This document shows, one piece after another, positions 39,141-49,184 of a stretch of 64,000 bases of DNA. The notes beneath the pieces were generated by a model, which did no database searches, was not told the DNA's origin, and saw nothing but the letters and a program-made list of their open reading frames with translations. The DNA is taken from contig CAXXQS010000002.1 in the NCBI GenBank assembly GCA_963674735.2, forward strand, positions 576,001 to 640,000, read 5' to 3'. The DNA is from Myxococcota bacterium. Its GTDB lineage: Bacteria > Myxococcota_A > SURF-8. Every line of letters starts with the position of its first letter. Position 1 is the stretch's first letter. The position numbers and the translations under genes are program-made.

Positions 39141-39746
39141 TCAATTCCAGCGACCCCATCCGGGTTCGAGTCCGGCACAGCCCGTACAACGAATCCGGTT
39201 GTCGACCACCCACAGATCTTGTATGTCCGCGCACCCTTGACATACATCGCAACACAAGCCGTCCTGCGCGTCCGGCGTTTGTTTCGCCAACGGTTGGCAG
39301 CGCTGCGTCTGCACCTCGAAAACATCGTCGATGGGCGCGCTGAGGATTCCCTTGATCAACCCCGACAGGCGGTTGTGATAAGCCGCGATATCGAAAGGAC
39401 TTTTTTGGTTGAGACGCCGTTCCAGCAGCACGGCGTCCGGGGGTAAATCGCGATAATCCTCCTGAATCACCACGCGAGTCAGCCGCCCGCCGCGCGGATC
39501 GTATGCCAGCAGATCCCACTCGGGATCGCCGCCGGAGGCGGTCACTTCTCCCGGAATGGCCCCGGCCCCGCTCATGGATGCGAGTGCAAAGTGGGCATCC
39601 GGCCAGCCGTCCACAACAATGCGCAATTGCGATAAATCCTGAAAAATTTCGCGTAGATAAGATCCGATACGCCAACCGATAGCCAGTTCGGGGCTCAAGT
39701 GGCCGTGGCGCTGAGACAATAAATGCAACTCAATGGGAACCAGCAT
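39141..39746 (-). CDS. FmdE-like protein with C-terminal zinc ribbon
   Basis: HGHLSPELAIGWRIG resembles FmdE HGHxCPG; terminal CDVC...CTGCA; GAGGAG RBS. Confidence 0.6.
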   Translation of the reverse strand: MLVPIELHLLSQRHGHLSPELAIGWRIGSYLREIFQDLSQLRIVVDGWPDAHFALASMSGAGAIPGEVTASGGDPEWDLLAYDPRGGRLTRVVIQEDYRDLPPDAVLLERRLNQKSPFDIAAYHNRLSGLIKGILSAPIDDVFEVQTQRCQPLAKQTPDAQDGLCCDVCQGCADIQDLWVVDNRIRCTGCAGLEPGWGRWN

Positions 39747-40003
39747 ACTCACTCCTCAGTGGGTCGCCCGATCAACCGATAAGCCCACTTGCCCATCGGA
39801 CATGGAACCACCCATGAGGATAGAGCCCTTTAACCCTTTCTGCACTCCCAAAAAAAATGGGCTTAAAAATCGACGCGGCGGGTTTTTCATTGCAAGCCGT
39901 CGGGAAACGATTCGCACTTGATTCGCCATGAAGACCTGTGGTAAACATAAAGTGTCAGAAACTCTGACTATTCAATAACTTTGTTCCCACCAACCGATGA
40001 GGT

Positions 40004-43000
40004 ATGGCGATGACAACGCGGGGGTCCCTGCTGGCAGGGCTATTGGGATTGATGGTAGTGGTGTTTGCAATCGGATGCGATTCGGGCTCGGCCGGGACGT
40101 CGGTGGATGGCGACCTGCCCGGAGATCCGGCCTGCGACTGTCCCTACGGCTGCGACGATCTGGGCGAATGTCTACCCGGACCCTGCGAAACCAGCACCGA
40201 TTGTCCGCCGGGACAGATTTGCGACGGGGGCTATTGCCAAAACGCCGGTGAAACCGACGGCGACGAGGACACCCCGAACGACGGCGACCTGGACGGCAAG
40301 CCGAATGAAACCGACGGCGACCTGAGCGAGGCCGAAGCGGACGGCGATATCGATCTGGAATTTGAAACCGACGTTCCCCACGACGAAAACAACCCCTGGA
40401 TCGTCGTCGACCCGTTGCGCATCGATTTCGGCGCGGTACCGCTGCACAGCACCCGCGACCGCGACCTCACCATCTCGAATATCGGCGCCCAAGATCTGGT
40501 CGTGGATGAAATCTACTATTGGTACGAACCCAACGAGCCGGTACAGGAACTCAGCCTGACCCACGACGCCCTGCCCATCACCTTGGCCAGCGGCGATCAG
40601 GCCCTCGTCACACTGCTCTTCGAATCGCAGGACATCATTCCCGATGAAGACATGTTGATCATCCATTCCAACGACCCCTCCGAACCCAACGTGGGTATCC
40701 CGGTGACAACCGACATCAAAGCCAGTGCCGCCATCGAAGTGAATCCGTTGGAGGTGGCCTTCGGCACCGTGCGCCTAGGTCATTACGAAGAGACCGTCAC
40801 CCTGCGCAACCTGGGCGGGCTGGCGGTTCTGATCGCGCAGCTTGAGCTCGACAGCCAAAGCGACGAAATCACCGTCGACGGCATTCCGGCCGGGATCGGC
40901 GCGACCACACCTTACAGTCTGGACCCCGGCGCCAACCTGGCCCTCACCGTCAACTACGACCCGGTCGTCAACGACGGGGTGGAAGATACGGGCACCCTGC
41001 ACATCGAAACCAACGATGTCGAGAACCCGCGCTTCACCGTTCCCATCAGCGGTACGCCGTGTCAGCCGGAAATCGACGTTCTGCCCACCATCCTCGATTA
41101 TTCGAGCGTGAACCTGGGTGACAGCGCCACCGAATGCTTTACCCTGGAAAACAGCGGCTGCGGACTTCTGGCCGTTTCCAGCATCGCCATCACCGAAGAT
41201 GCCGGAGGCGCTTACGTCTGGCAGGCCGCCCCCACCGCCCCCGAAGACATCCCGGCGGGTGAATCGCGCGAATACTGCGTTACCTTCACGCCCGACAGCC
41301 CCGACACCGGCAACGGTATGGTGACCATCGAAAGCGATGACGACGACGAACCCACGGTGGAGATTCCGCTCTCCAGCGAAGTGGTGCCGCCCAATATTTC
41401 CTGCACCCCGGACGAGCTGCTTTACGGCCAGGTGGCCATCGGCAGTCCGCAGACCTTGAGCGTCACCTGCACCGCCACCACCAGCGCCCCCATCGAAATC
41501 GGCGACCTGGTCATCGACCCGCCGCCGGGCGTCTTCGCCATCACCAATACGCCCGCCACTACGCTGAATCTGGGCGACGAGAGCATCATCGAGATCACCT
41601 ACGACCCGACAACCGAGACGGCCGACGCGGCCACCCTCACCATTCCATCGAACGACCCGGATAACGGCAGCATCGATGTCCCGCTATCGGGTTCGGGCTA
41701 CATTCCCAACGACTGCCCGGTGGCGTTGATCAGCATCGCCGAGCCGCCGGAAGACCAGATCGAGCAATATGTCACCGTCACTCTGAACGGCGCGGGTTCG
41801 AGCGACCCCGATCCGGGCGATTCCATCGCCGAATACATTTGGACGGTCCTCTCGCGCCCTCCGGGCTCCACCAGTCCCCTCACCAGTCAGGGCGACGTGC
41901 GTCCGACCCTCTACATGGACGTGGCGGGCGACTACGTCGTCGAGCTGCAAGTGCGCGATACCCTGGGACTGCTGAGCTGCGTGGCCGACCAGATCACCAT
42001 CACCGCCGCCCAGCCTTCACCCGACATCCATTGCGAGCCGCTGGCCCTCAATTACGGCGAAGTGGCCATCGGCAGCACCTTTGCCAAAACGCTTTCCTGC
42101 CGCAACGACGGCTTCGGTCCGCTGGCCATCAGCCAATATGAGATGGTCTCGCCCGCCGCCGGGGTGTTCAGCATCACCAACACGCCCAAAACGACGTTGG
42201 CCTATTCGGAATCCACCCTGATTCAGATCACTTATGCCCCGCAACAAGTGGGCGAAGATCTGGGCACGCTGCGCATTCATTCCGACGATCCGGACGAGCC
42301 GCTGGTGGAAGTGTCCCTGCGCGGCGGCACCTACGCGCCCAACACCTGCCCGGTAGCCGACTTCGTCCTGCTGGAGCCGCCCATCGATGAAATCTTCGTG
42401 GGCGACCGCGTCAAACTGGACGCCTCGGGCTCCTACGATCCCGACGCAGGCGATTCCATCTATCAGTACATCTGGTCTTTCGATTCCAAACCGGCCGCCT
42501 CGCAAACCGAGATCCGCCCCTTCGGCTACCCGAAACCCAGTTTCTACGTCGATCAGCCGGGCACCTACGTCGTCAAACTGATCGTTACCGATACCTTCTA
42601 CGAGCCGAGCTGCCAGGCGGCCACGCTGACCTTGGTGGCGACCCTGCCGCCTGCCGACATCGTATGCTCGCCCATGGTCGTCAACTACGGCGTCCTGGCC
42701 ATCGGCGACACCCAGACGCAAACCGTCGTCTGCGAGAACGTGGGTCGCGGCCTGCTGCATATCAGCTCCTACCTGGTGGACACGCCCACGGCGGGCCTGT
42801 TCAGCGTCGTCAACACGCCGGTCATGGCGGTGCCCCCCGGCGACTTCACCACCTTCGAAGTCCGCTATGCTCCCACGACGCCCGACAGCTCGAACGGGGC
42901 GCTCACGATCCAATCCAACGATCCGGCCGAGCCCGAAGTGGCCATCGACCTGATCGGCAACAGCTACGATCCCAATAACTGTCCTACGGCCGTCATCGGT

Positions 43001-43762
43001 GTCACCTCGCCGCCGTTGGACCGCCTCAAGCCCCTCGATACCGTGCAACTCGACGGCACCGGCTCGTCCGACCCGGACGCGGGGGATGCCGTGGCCGAGT
43101 ACATCTGGTCCATCGACTCGCGTCCCAGCGGCTCCACCAGTCAACTCAACACGCCCAACGCCGCGCGCCCGACCCTCTTTCTCGATCTGGCGGGCACCTA
43201 TCGCATCAAGCTGGAGGTGCGCGACACGAAAGGCATGCTCAGTTGCAGCCCGGCCTACGTCAACCTCGACGTCATCCCGCGTGAACTCATCCACGTCGAG
43301 CTGACCTGGAGTACCAATGAGGGCGACATGGACCTGCACCTGGTGAAACCGGGCGGCAGCCTGTGGTCGAGCAACGATTGCTACTTCTCGAACCTGGAGC
43401 CCAACTGGAGCGGCTACGGGCGGCCTTCGCTCGACATCGACGACGAGCACGGCCGCGGTCCCGAAAACATCAATCTCGACGATCCGGGCAACGGCACCTA
43501 CCGCGTCTACGTCCACTACTGGAATACCTGGGGCGAACGCGACGACGTCAACGTGACGATCCGCATTTACATCTGGGGCGCACTCGTGGCGACTTACCAG
43601 AAATCCTGGCCCGACGACTACGAGCATTACCGCTGGCCGGTAGCCGATATCAACTGGAGCGGCTACGACGCCACCGTCACCAGCCTCGGCAGCAACTTCG
43701 AATCCGACGGTCACGGCTCGCGCCGTTCGAGCGGCAAATATGTGGAACCGGTGAAAGAATAA
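40004..43762 (+). CDS. Large surface lipoprotein: DGD linker, six choice-of-anchor-D/ASH-like Ig domains, three PKD domains, YfaP/DUF2135-like C-terminus
   Basis: Lipobox AIGC; repeats of P..l.fG.v...L.I.SnDP.eP; LdgsGSsDPD..Y.W...P.gS repeats; LTW...DMDLHL..LDIDD..G.GPENI. Confidence 0.8.
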   Translation: MAMTTRGSLLAGLLGLMVVVFAIGCDSGSAGTSVDGDLPGDPACDCPYGCDDLGECLPGPCETSTDCPPGQICDGGYCQNAGETDGDEDTPNDGDLDGKPNETDGDLSEAEADGDIDLEFETDVPHDENNPWIVVDPLRIDFGAVPLHSTRDRDLTISNIGAQDLVVDEIYYWYEPNEPVQELSLTHDALPITLASGDQALVTLLFESQDIIPDEDMLIIHSNDPSEPNVGIPVTTDIKASAAIEVNPLEVAFGTVRLGHYEETVTLRNLGGLAVLIAQLELDSQSDEITVDGIPAGIGATTPYSLDPGANLALTVNYDPVVNDGVEDTGTLHIETNDVENPRFTVPISGTPCQPEIDVLPTILDYSSVNLGDSATECFTLENSGCGLLAVSSIAITEDAGGAYVWQAAPTAPEDIPAGESREYCVTFTPDSPDTGNGMVTIESDDDDEPTVEIPLSSEVVPPNISCTPDELLYGQVAIGSPQTLSVTCTATTSAPIEIGDLVIDPPPGVFAITNTPATTLNLGDESIIEITYDPTTETADAATLTIPSNDPDNGSIDVPLSGSGYIPNDCPVALISIAEPPEDQIEQYVTVTLNGAGSSDPDPGDSIAEYIWTVLSRPPGSTSPLTSQGDVRPTLYMDVAGDYVVELQVRDTLGLLSCVADQITITAAQPSPDIHCEPLALNYGEVAIGSTFAKTLSCRNDGFGPLAISQYEMVSPAAGVFSITNTPKTTLAYSESTLIQITYAPQQVGEDLGTLRIHSDDPDEPLVEVSLRGGTYAPNTCPVADFVLLEPPIDEIFVGDRVKLDASGSYDPDAGDSIYQYIWSFDSKPAASQTEIRPFGYPKPSFYVDQPGTYVVKLIVTDTFYEPSCQAATLTLVATLPPADIVCSPMVVNYGVLAIGDTQTQTVVCENVGRGLLHISSYLVDTPTAGLFSVVNTPVMAVPPGDFTTFEVRYAPTTPDSSNGALTIQSNDPAEPEVAIDLIGNSYDPNNCPTAVIGVTSPPLDRLKPLDTVQLDGTGSSDPDAGDAVAEYIWSIDSRPSGSTSQLNTPNAARPTLFLDLAGTYRIKLEVRDTKGMLSCSPAYVNLDVIPRELIHVELTWSTNEGDMDLHLVKPGGSLWSSNDCYFSNLEPNWSGYGRPSLDIDDEHGRGPENINLDDPGNGTYRVYVHYWNTWGERDDVNVTIRIYIWGALVATYQKSWPDDYEHYRWPVADINWSGYDATVTSLGSNFESDGHGSRRSSGKYVEPVKE

Positions 43763-43823
43763 GCGTTGAGTCCGGAGCCCGTCAGGAGACGCGCTCCAAC
43801 ACGGAATTGATGTTACTTAGGGT

Positions 43824-43856
43824 AAGATGGGCAACTTGTTGCCCATCTTCCTTTTT
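43824..43856 (+). terminator. Intrinsic terminator
   Basis: AAGATGGGCAA/TTGCCCATCTT hairpin followed by CCTTTTT. Confidence 0.7.
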
Positions 43857-44075
43857 CTATGCAAAAGCCTTTAGCAGGAACAGGGCTCCGTCCTGTTCCG
43901 CATGTTTGTCTTGATTTTTTTCACCAAAATCCCCCGCCGGGAGCCCGTCGCAGGTGCGCACCAAACCATGGCGTATCGAAGGCTCCCTCGATACACCGTT
44001 TTGCAAACGGCTACTCGGGATGAGGCATAATGTTTCATATTACAATCGGGTTTCCCGGTGTTGGAACGCAAGCAC

Positions 44076-44636
44076 TCACCCCAGCCCCAGGACGGCCCGG
44101 ACGATATCGTGGTAGGTAAATAGCCCGAAAGCCGCGCCCCAAAGCGCTCCGGCCAAAATGTCGCTGGGATAATGCACACCCAGATAGTAACGCGAAAAAC
44201 TCACGATGAGCGCCCATAACGACACCGGCAGCGCCAGCGGATGCCCAATCAGACACAGACCGACCGCCAGCCCCACGGCGGTAGCGGTATGAGTGGAGGG
44301 AAAGGAATAGCCATGCGCGTGCGGGTCCAGCTTGCTTACCTCGGGTATATCGCGATAGGGACGGAGGCGTTTCACCGCCACTTTGACGAACTGCCCCGAA
44401 ATCAGAGCGAAAAAAGCCCCCAGCATGGCCGATAGAAGCCCCACCGGATCGGGCGCAAAGGGAATGTGGAACGCCGTCAGCAGCGAAAAAACGGCCGCCA
44501 GGGAAAACCACATCGCCGAGGAACCCGTGAAGGTGAACAAACGCATAATCGGCGTCAGAAACGGATGGCGCAGCCATAAAACCGCCCGCATAAGAAACGG
44601 GTCTACAATCAATAATGAGTTGATTTTTTTTTCCAT
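44076..44636 (-). CDS. PAP2-family membrane phosphatase
   Basis: K...KRLRP, SFPSTH and SRYYLGVHYPSD motifs. Confidence 0.93.
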   Translation of the reverse strand: MEKKINSLLIVDPFLMRAVLWLRHPFLTPIMRLFTFTGSSAMWFSLAAVFSLLTAFHIPFAPDPVGLLSAMLGAFFALISGQFVKVAVKRLRPYRDIPEVSKLDPHAHGYSFPSTHTATAVGLAVGLCLIGHPLALPVSLWALIVSFSRYYLGVHYPSDILAGALWGAAFGLFTYHDIVRAVLGLG

Positions 44637-44885
44637 CCTGCTATCCTGAAATCAGGACAATAGGCAAAAAGGCAAATTTCTTCGCAACGTTGCGCTTCTG
44701 AGGCAAGTTTGGAATTCCTAATAAGTTCTGCATAGTTAGGCGTCCCTCACAGACATTTATCATGGTTGCCCGATAACGAATCTGCTAATCTTAGAGTCAC
44801 GATCAGGCGTAACAACCACCCGGAAGGCGGACGTATTGGAAGCGTCCACAGCAACAATTGGAAGTATGCAGCAAGGAGACCGCAA

Positions 44886-47873
44886 ATGCCAACCCGAATT
44901 TTAAGCAGTATTCTCGTGGCTGGATGGATGAGTCTCGTCGTGGCGGGATGCCTCCCGATCGACGAGGAACAGGCGGGCGACGGTGGAAACTCAAACGAAA
45001 ACCCGGACGGACAATACGACCCGGATGTCTTACCCTGCCTGGATAACGGGCGCCGTTGCGATCAGAGCGAAATACTGCTCTGCACCAATGGCGCCTGGAC
45101 CTTCCTGCGTGACTGCCATCTCGATGGCCTTGACTGCGTGGACGGCTATTGCCTCGATCCGTCCGACAACGAAGATCCTACAGATGGAGATATCTCGGCG
45201 GACGGAGATATTCCAACTGATGGCGATATTTTTTCCGATGGCGACGATCCGACCGATGGCGACGTCCCGACCGACGGCGACGATCCGACCGACGGCGACG
45301 ATCCGACCGATGGCGACGTTCCGACCGATGGCGACGTTCCGACCGACGGCGACGTTCCGACCGACGGCGACGTCCCGACCGACGGCGATGATCCCGTCGA
45401 TCCGCCCCAGCCTTTGGCGGCGATCGTGGAAAGCGCCGGTTCGGCCTCCGTCTCGCTCAGTTGGGAAGCCGATGCCGAATTGGCGAATATTACCTTGTAT
45501 ATGGCCGCCGAACCGGGGGCGCAGCCCGGTCTCGAAATGCCCGGAGAACGCCTTGTGGCCGAATTACCTGGAAACACAAGCACTTATACTTTAGAGGGCC
45601 TGGCCGCCAGCGTGGATGTCTTCATCCGTATCAGCGGTCTCACCGCTGCTGCCGAGCCGGTCGAATGGGCCGACACCGTGCACGCCCGCACCGTAGGCGG
45701 TCCGCGTGCACCGCTGTCCACCCCGTTACGCTCGGCGCATCTCATGGCCCCCGACATTCTCAACCTGATCCTGGATAACGGCGACGGTCCCGAGTGGCAG
45801 TCCGGGCCGTGGACGGTCCGACGCGCAAACGGGCAAGAAATTGATATTACCGATGTTTATCGCCGTTCAATGCCGGTCGGAGCGCCCGAATACAGCGTGG
45901 GCTGGGGCATTCCCTACTCCGATGACGTCATCGACGTCGACCACCACATTTTCCTGCAATTCGACGAACCGGTGGGTTCCCCCGAAATCCTCGCTATCGA
46001 AGGCCCCGACGGTCTGAGCTTCACGCTGCCCGTCTCCGACCGCTACCTGGAAACGCCGGTCATCCAGCTCAACCAAGTGGGTTTCAATCCACGCGCCTCA
46101 CGCCGCTGGGCGTACGTCTACGGCTATCTCGGTGACGGCGGGGTGTTGGATCAAAGCGGCATGCCGAGTAGCGCCGATGTCCTGGCCGAAGCGGACGATC
46201 CCGCCACCCCACGCCCGGTGATTCTGGCCGATCTGCCGATCACTCACCGCTCGGACGGCAACGTGGATACCGGCGGCGAAGTACGCGAAATCGATCTGGC
46301 GACCTTGCCCGCCTCGGAAACGGCACACTACCGCGTGCGCCTGCCCGGCGTCGGGGTTTCGTGGGTCACGCAAGTAAGTGAAAAAGCGTCTTTCAAGGCC
46401 TTCTACACCCTCACGCGCGGCCTCTTCCACAACCGCTGGGGCGGCGATCTGCGCGACGACTGCACCGAGTGGTCGCGGCCGCCCGACCATCTGACCGTCT
46501 ACACCGCCGACCAGACTCTGTTCACCGAGATGCACGACGAAGATACGCCCAAGCTCGGCGAGCGTGAGTTGCAGGGCGGCTATCACGATGCGGGCGATTT
46601 CGATCAGCGTCCCATGCACACCATGGTTCCCATGCTGCTGATGAGTGCTTTCGAGCTTGATTCGGAACGCTTCGCCGACAGCCAGTTGATGCTGCCCGAA
46701 AGCGGCAACGGCGTCCCCGATCTGCTCGACGAAGCCCTGTGGGGCGTCAACGCCTGGCTGCAACTGCAGGAGTCGGACGGCGGCGTGCGCCTGGGCGTCG
46801 AATCCCATCGTCATCCTTACGGCTACTACCTGGCCAACGAAGACCCCCTGCCCTACTGGACTTACGGCAAGCACGCCAACGTCTCCGCCCGTTCGGCGGG
46901 TCTGTTCGCCCAGGCGGCGACTTTGCTGGCCCCCTTCGACCCCGGTCGCGCGGCCCTGTTGGCGGAACGGGCGCAGATGGCCTACGATTACGCGGTGGAA
47001 AACAACGCCGCCACGGCCTACATGCTGTTTGCCGCCGGTGAGATGCTGCGGTTGACCAACGATGTGAAATACAAGCAGATGTTCGAAGCCAAGTGGCACG
47101 CCATCGGTCCCTACGGCGCGTTCAACAAAATGGCGCTCAACTACCAGGTCACGCCCAACGCCTTCGTCGATGCCCTCACCGATCCGGCGGCGGCATTCGT
47201 TAAAGCCGATTACATCATGGCCTACTTGAGCCATCCGCTGGCCGATCCGGCGATCGTGGAACTGGCGGACGATCAGTTCATGATCACGGCCAATTCGCTC
47301 ATCAACGACACCTTTTACGGTCATCCGCACCGCAATTCGCGCCGCATCAACGACGGACTGGCCTGGGGCAAAGGCGCCACCATGGGTACCTACATCGAAG
47401 CGGCCGTGGCCATGTTGCGCCTCGGCACCCAGTCGGCCCAGGTGGAACAGGATCTATTCGACGTCCTGAGCCTGGCGGCCGACTTCGTCATGGGCGGCAA
47501 CCCCTTGGGCCAGACCTTCTACACCGGACTGGGCAGCCGTCGTCCGGAAGAACCGCTGCACCTGGACTCGCTGGCCTTCGTCAAATTGGGAAAAGGCACC
47601 GTGCCGGGCATCCCGGTTTTCGGTCCCACCGACGGTGCGCCGGGCTGGTACTGGGAGCAGTTCACCCTGGATGAGTTTTATCCGAGCATGAACAGCCTGC
47701 CGCGCTTTTTACGCTACGCCGACGTGCGCACCATCGTGGAAACCAGCGAATCGACGGTCTGGGGCGATTACGCACCGAATATCAAGCTGTTCTCCGGTCT
47801 GCTCGGTCCCGGCTGGATGCCGCCCGCCGGTTTCCGTCCCGGCGAAGCGGAACATGGTTCGCCGTTGCCGTAA
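44886..47873 (+). CDS. Lipoprotein glycoside hydrolase, GH9-like, with DGD linker
   Basis: Lipobox VAGC; LNQVGF Ig-like entry; GGYHDAGD; PESGNGVPDLLDEALW; GGNPLG.TF.TGLG; terminal ESTVW; AAGGAG RBS. Confidence 0.82.
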   Translation: MPTRILSSILVAGWMSLVVAGCLPIDEEQAGDGGNSNENPDGQYDPDVLPCLDNGRRCDQSEILLCTNGAWTFLRDCHLDGLDCVDGYCLDPSDNEDPTDGDISADGDIPTDGDIFSDGDDPTDGDVPTDGDDPTDGDDPTDGDVPTDGDVPTDGDVPTDGDVPTDGDDPVDPPQPLAAIVESAGSASVSLSWEADAELANITLYMAAEPGAQPGLEMPGERLVAELPGNTSTYTLEGLAASVDVFIRISGLTAAAEPVEWADTVHARTVGGPRAPLSTPLRSAHLMAPDILNLILDNGDGPEWQSGPWTVRRANGQEIDITDVYRRSMPVGAPEYSVGWGIPYSDDVIDVDHHIFLQFDEPVGSPEILAIEGPDGLSFTLPVSDRYLETPVIQLNQVGFNPRASRRWAYVYGYLGDGGVLDQSGMPSSADVLAEADDPATPRPVILADLPITHRSDGNVDTGGEVREIDLATLPASETAHYRVRLPGVGVSWVTQVSEKASFKAFYTLTRGLFHNRWGGDLRDDCTEWSRPPDHLTVYTADQTLFTEMHDEDTPKLGERELQGGYHDAGDFDQRPMHTMVPMLLMSAFELDSERFADSQLMLPESGNGVPDLLDEALWGVNAWLQLQESDGGVRLGVESHRHPYGYYLANEDPLPYWTYGKHANVSARSAGLFAQAATLLAPFDPGRAALLAERAQMAYDYAVENNAATAYMLFAAGEMLRLTNDVKYKQMFEAKWHAIGPYGAFNKMALNYQVTPNAFVDALTDPAAAFVKADYIMAYLSHPLADPAIVELADDQFMITANSLINDTFYGHPHRNSRRINDGLAWGKGATMGTYIEAAVAMLRLGTQSAQVEQDLFDVLSLAADFVMGGNPLGQTFYTGLGSRRPEEPLHLDSLAFVKLGKGTVPGIPVFGPTDGAPGWYWEQFTLDEFYPSMNSLPRFLRYADVRTIVETSESTVWGDYAPNIKLFSGLLGPGWMPPAGFRPGEAEHGSPLP
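45177..45392 (+). repeat. Coding 18-bp tandem repeat, 12 units (PTDGD[V/D/I])
   Basis: Units such as CCGACCGACGGCGACGTT read directly from the sequence. Confidence 0.95.
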
Positions 47874-47896
47874 CCGGTGACGTTCGTTCGCTCATC

Positions 47897-47927
47897 ACGG
47901 GCCGTCCACAGGGGCGGTCCGTTTTTT
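47897..47927 (+). terminator. Intrinsic terminator
   Basis: ACGGGCCGTCC-ACAG-GGGCGGTCCGT followed by a T run. Confidence 0.7.
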
Positions 47928-48081
47928 CTTTACCGAAGGCTGGCTTTGAATCCTCTGGTCAGCCCGGGCCAGCTCGTGGTATTCTTCAATCGACCGCCGA
48001 TTCGAGAGTCAGAAGAACCGACCCACCGACACCGATCGTCGCCGGACTATCACCCGGTCCCGATCGGTAAGGAGCAAGACC

Positions 48082-49101
48082 ATGATTCCCATCCGACGAA
48101 ACCGGAAATCGACGATTCAAGCTCTCATCCTCTGTCTGCTCCTTCCGCTGATCGGCTGCGTTTCCTCTCAAACTGGCTCCCTGCGACCGAGCGCCGAACC
48201 CGCTCCACCGATCGAAATCCGGTTCGATGAGCTTTGGGACTATGCCAAACCAGTCAAAAGCGAAACCGCCTTCCTGGCGCTGCTGCCGCGCTATCCTGCC
48301 AATGAAACCCCGTTGATTCGCGCCGAGTTGCTCTCGCAGATCGCTCGCAGCCAAGGTTTGCAGGGACGTTTCAACGAAGCACACCGGCGGCTGGACGAAG
48401 CCCGAAAGTTGATCGCCAAACGGAATTCGGTGGCGCGCATCCGATATTGGCTCGAACGCGGACGCCTCGAAAACTCGGCTCAAAAGCCCGATTTGGCGCG
48501 TCCGCTTTTCATGAAAGCCTTTCGTCTGGCGCTCACTCTTAACACGGATTTTTATACCATCGACGCCGCCCACATGCTAGCCATCGTCGAAGCGCCGGAC
48601 ATGGCTCTGGAATGGAATCTCCTCGCGCTGCAATTGGCCGAAAACAGCCTCGCACCGCTCGCCCGACGCTGGCAGGGCAGCCTGCTCAACAACCTGGGAT
48701 GGACCTATTTCGACAAGGGTCGCTACGATCGGGCACTTGAAGCATTTGAAAAAGCGCTGGCCTTTCGCCTTGAACAGGGAAAAACGAAGCCGATCCGCAT
48801 CGCCCGCTGGTCGGTTGCCCGCAGCCTGCGTTCTTTGGGACGCGGACCGGAAGCGCTGGCGATTCAGCAGCGCCTGGATCGCGAGTTGACGCAGGCCGGA
48901 GAACGTGACGGGTTCGTTTACGAAGAATTGGCCCTTGGATACGCCGCCATGGGAAAAACCGAGCAAGCCCGACTGCAGGCCGGACGGGCCTATCGGGAAC
49001 TCAAAGATCTTTCCTGGTTCGTCGAATCGGAGCCGACACGGCTGGAGCGTTTGAAAACCCTGATGAACGGCGACGCTGCTGCAAGCGACCCTCCGGAATG
49101 A
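48082..49101 (+). CDS. TPR lipoprotein
   Basis: Lipobox LIGC; LLNNLGWTYFDKGRYDRALEAFEKAL TPR; AAGGAG RBS. Confidence 0.8.
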   Translation: MIPIRRNRKSTIQALILCLLLPLIGCVSSQTGSLRPSAEPAPPIEIRFDELWDYAKPVKSETAFLALLPRYPANETPLIRAELLSQIARSQGLQGRFNEAHRRLDEARKLIAKRNSVARIRYWLERGRLENSAQKPDLARPLFMKAFRLALTLNTDFYTIDAAHMLAIVEAPDMALEWNLLALQLAENSLAPLARRWQGSLLNNLGWTYFDKGRYDRALEAFEKALAFRLEQGKTKPIRIARWSVARSLRSLGRGPEALAIQQRLDRELTQAGERDGFVYEELALGYAAMGKTEQARLQAGRAYRELKDLSWFVESEPTRLERLKTLMNGDAAASDPPE

Positions 49102-49184
49102 GAGCTTCCACCGCGTTCGACGAACGTTTCGGGTAGCTCAGCCCCCCTTTCGCGTTCGCCCAACGGCTTTTGATTGAGTAAGAG

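Noticed and set aside
42017-43714. Long antisense or alternate-frame ORFs (also 4623-5927, 28871-30295, 49668-51221, 55049-56731, 61594-63471)
   Set aside because: They shadow well-supported genes; high GC and codon bias deplete stop codons, and the translations show no recognisable motifs.
45177-45392. Possible CRISPR array
   Set aside because: Contiguous in-frame 18-bp units with no unique spacers and no cas genes; it is a coding minisatellite.
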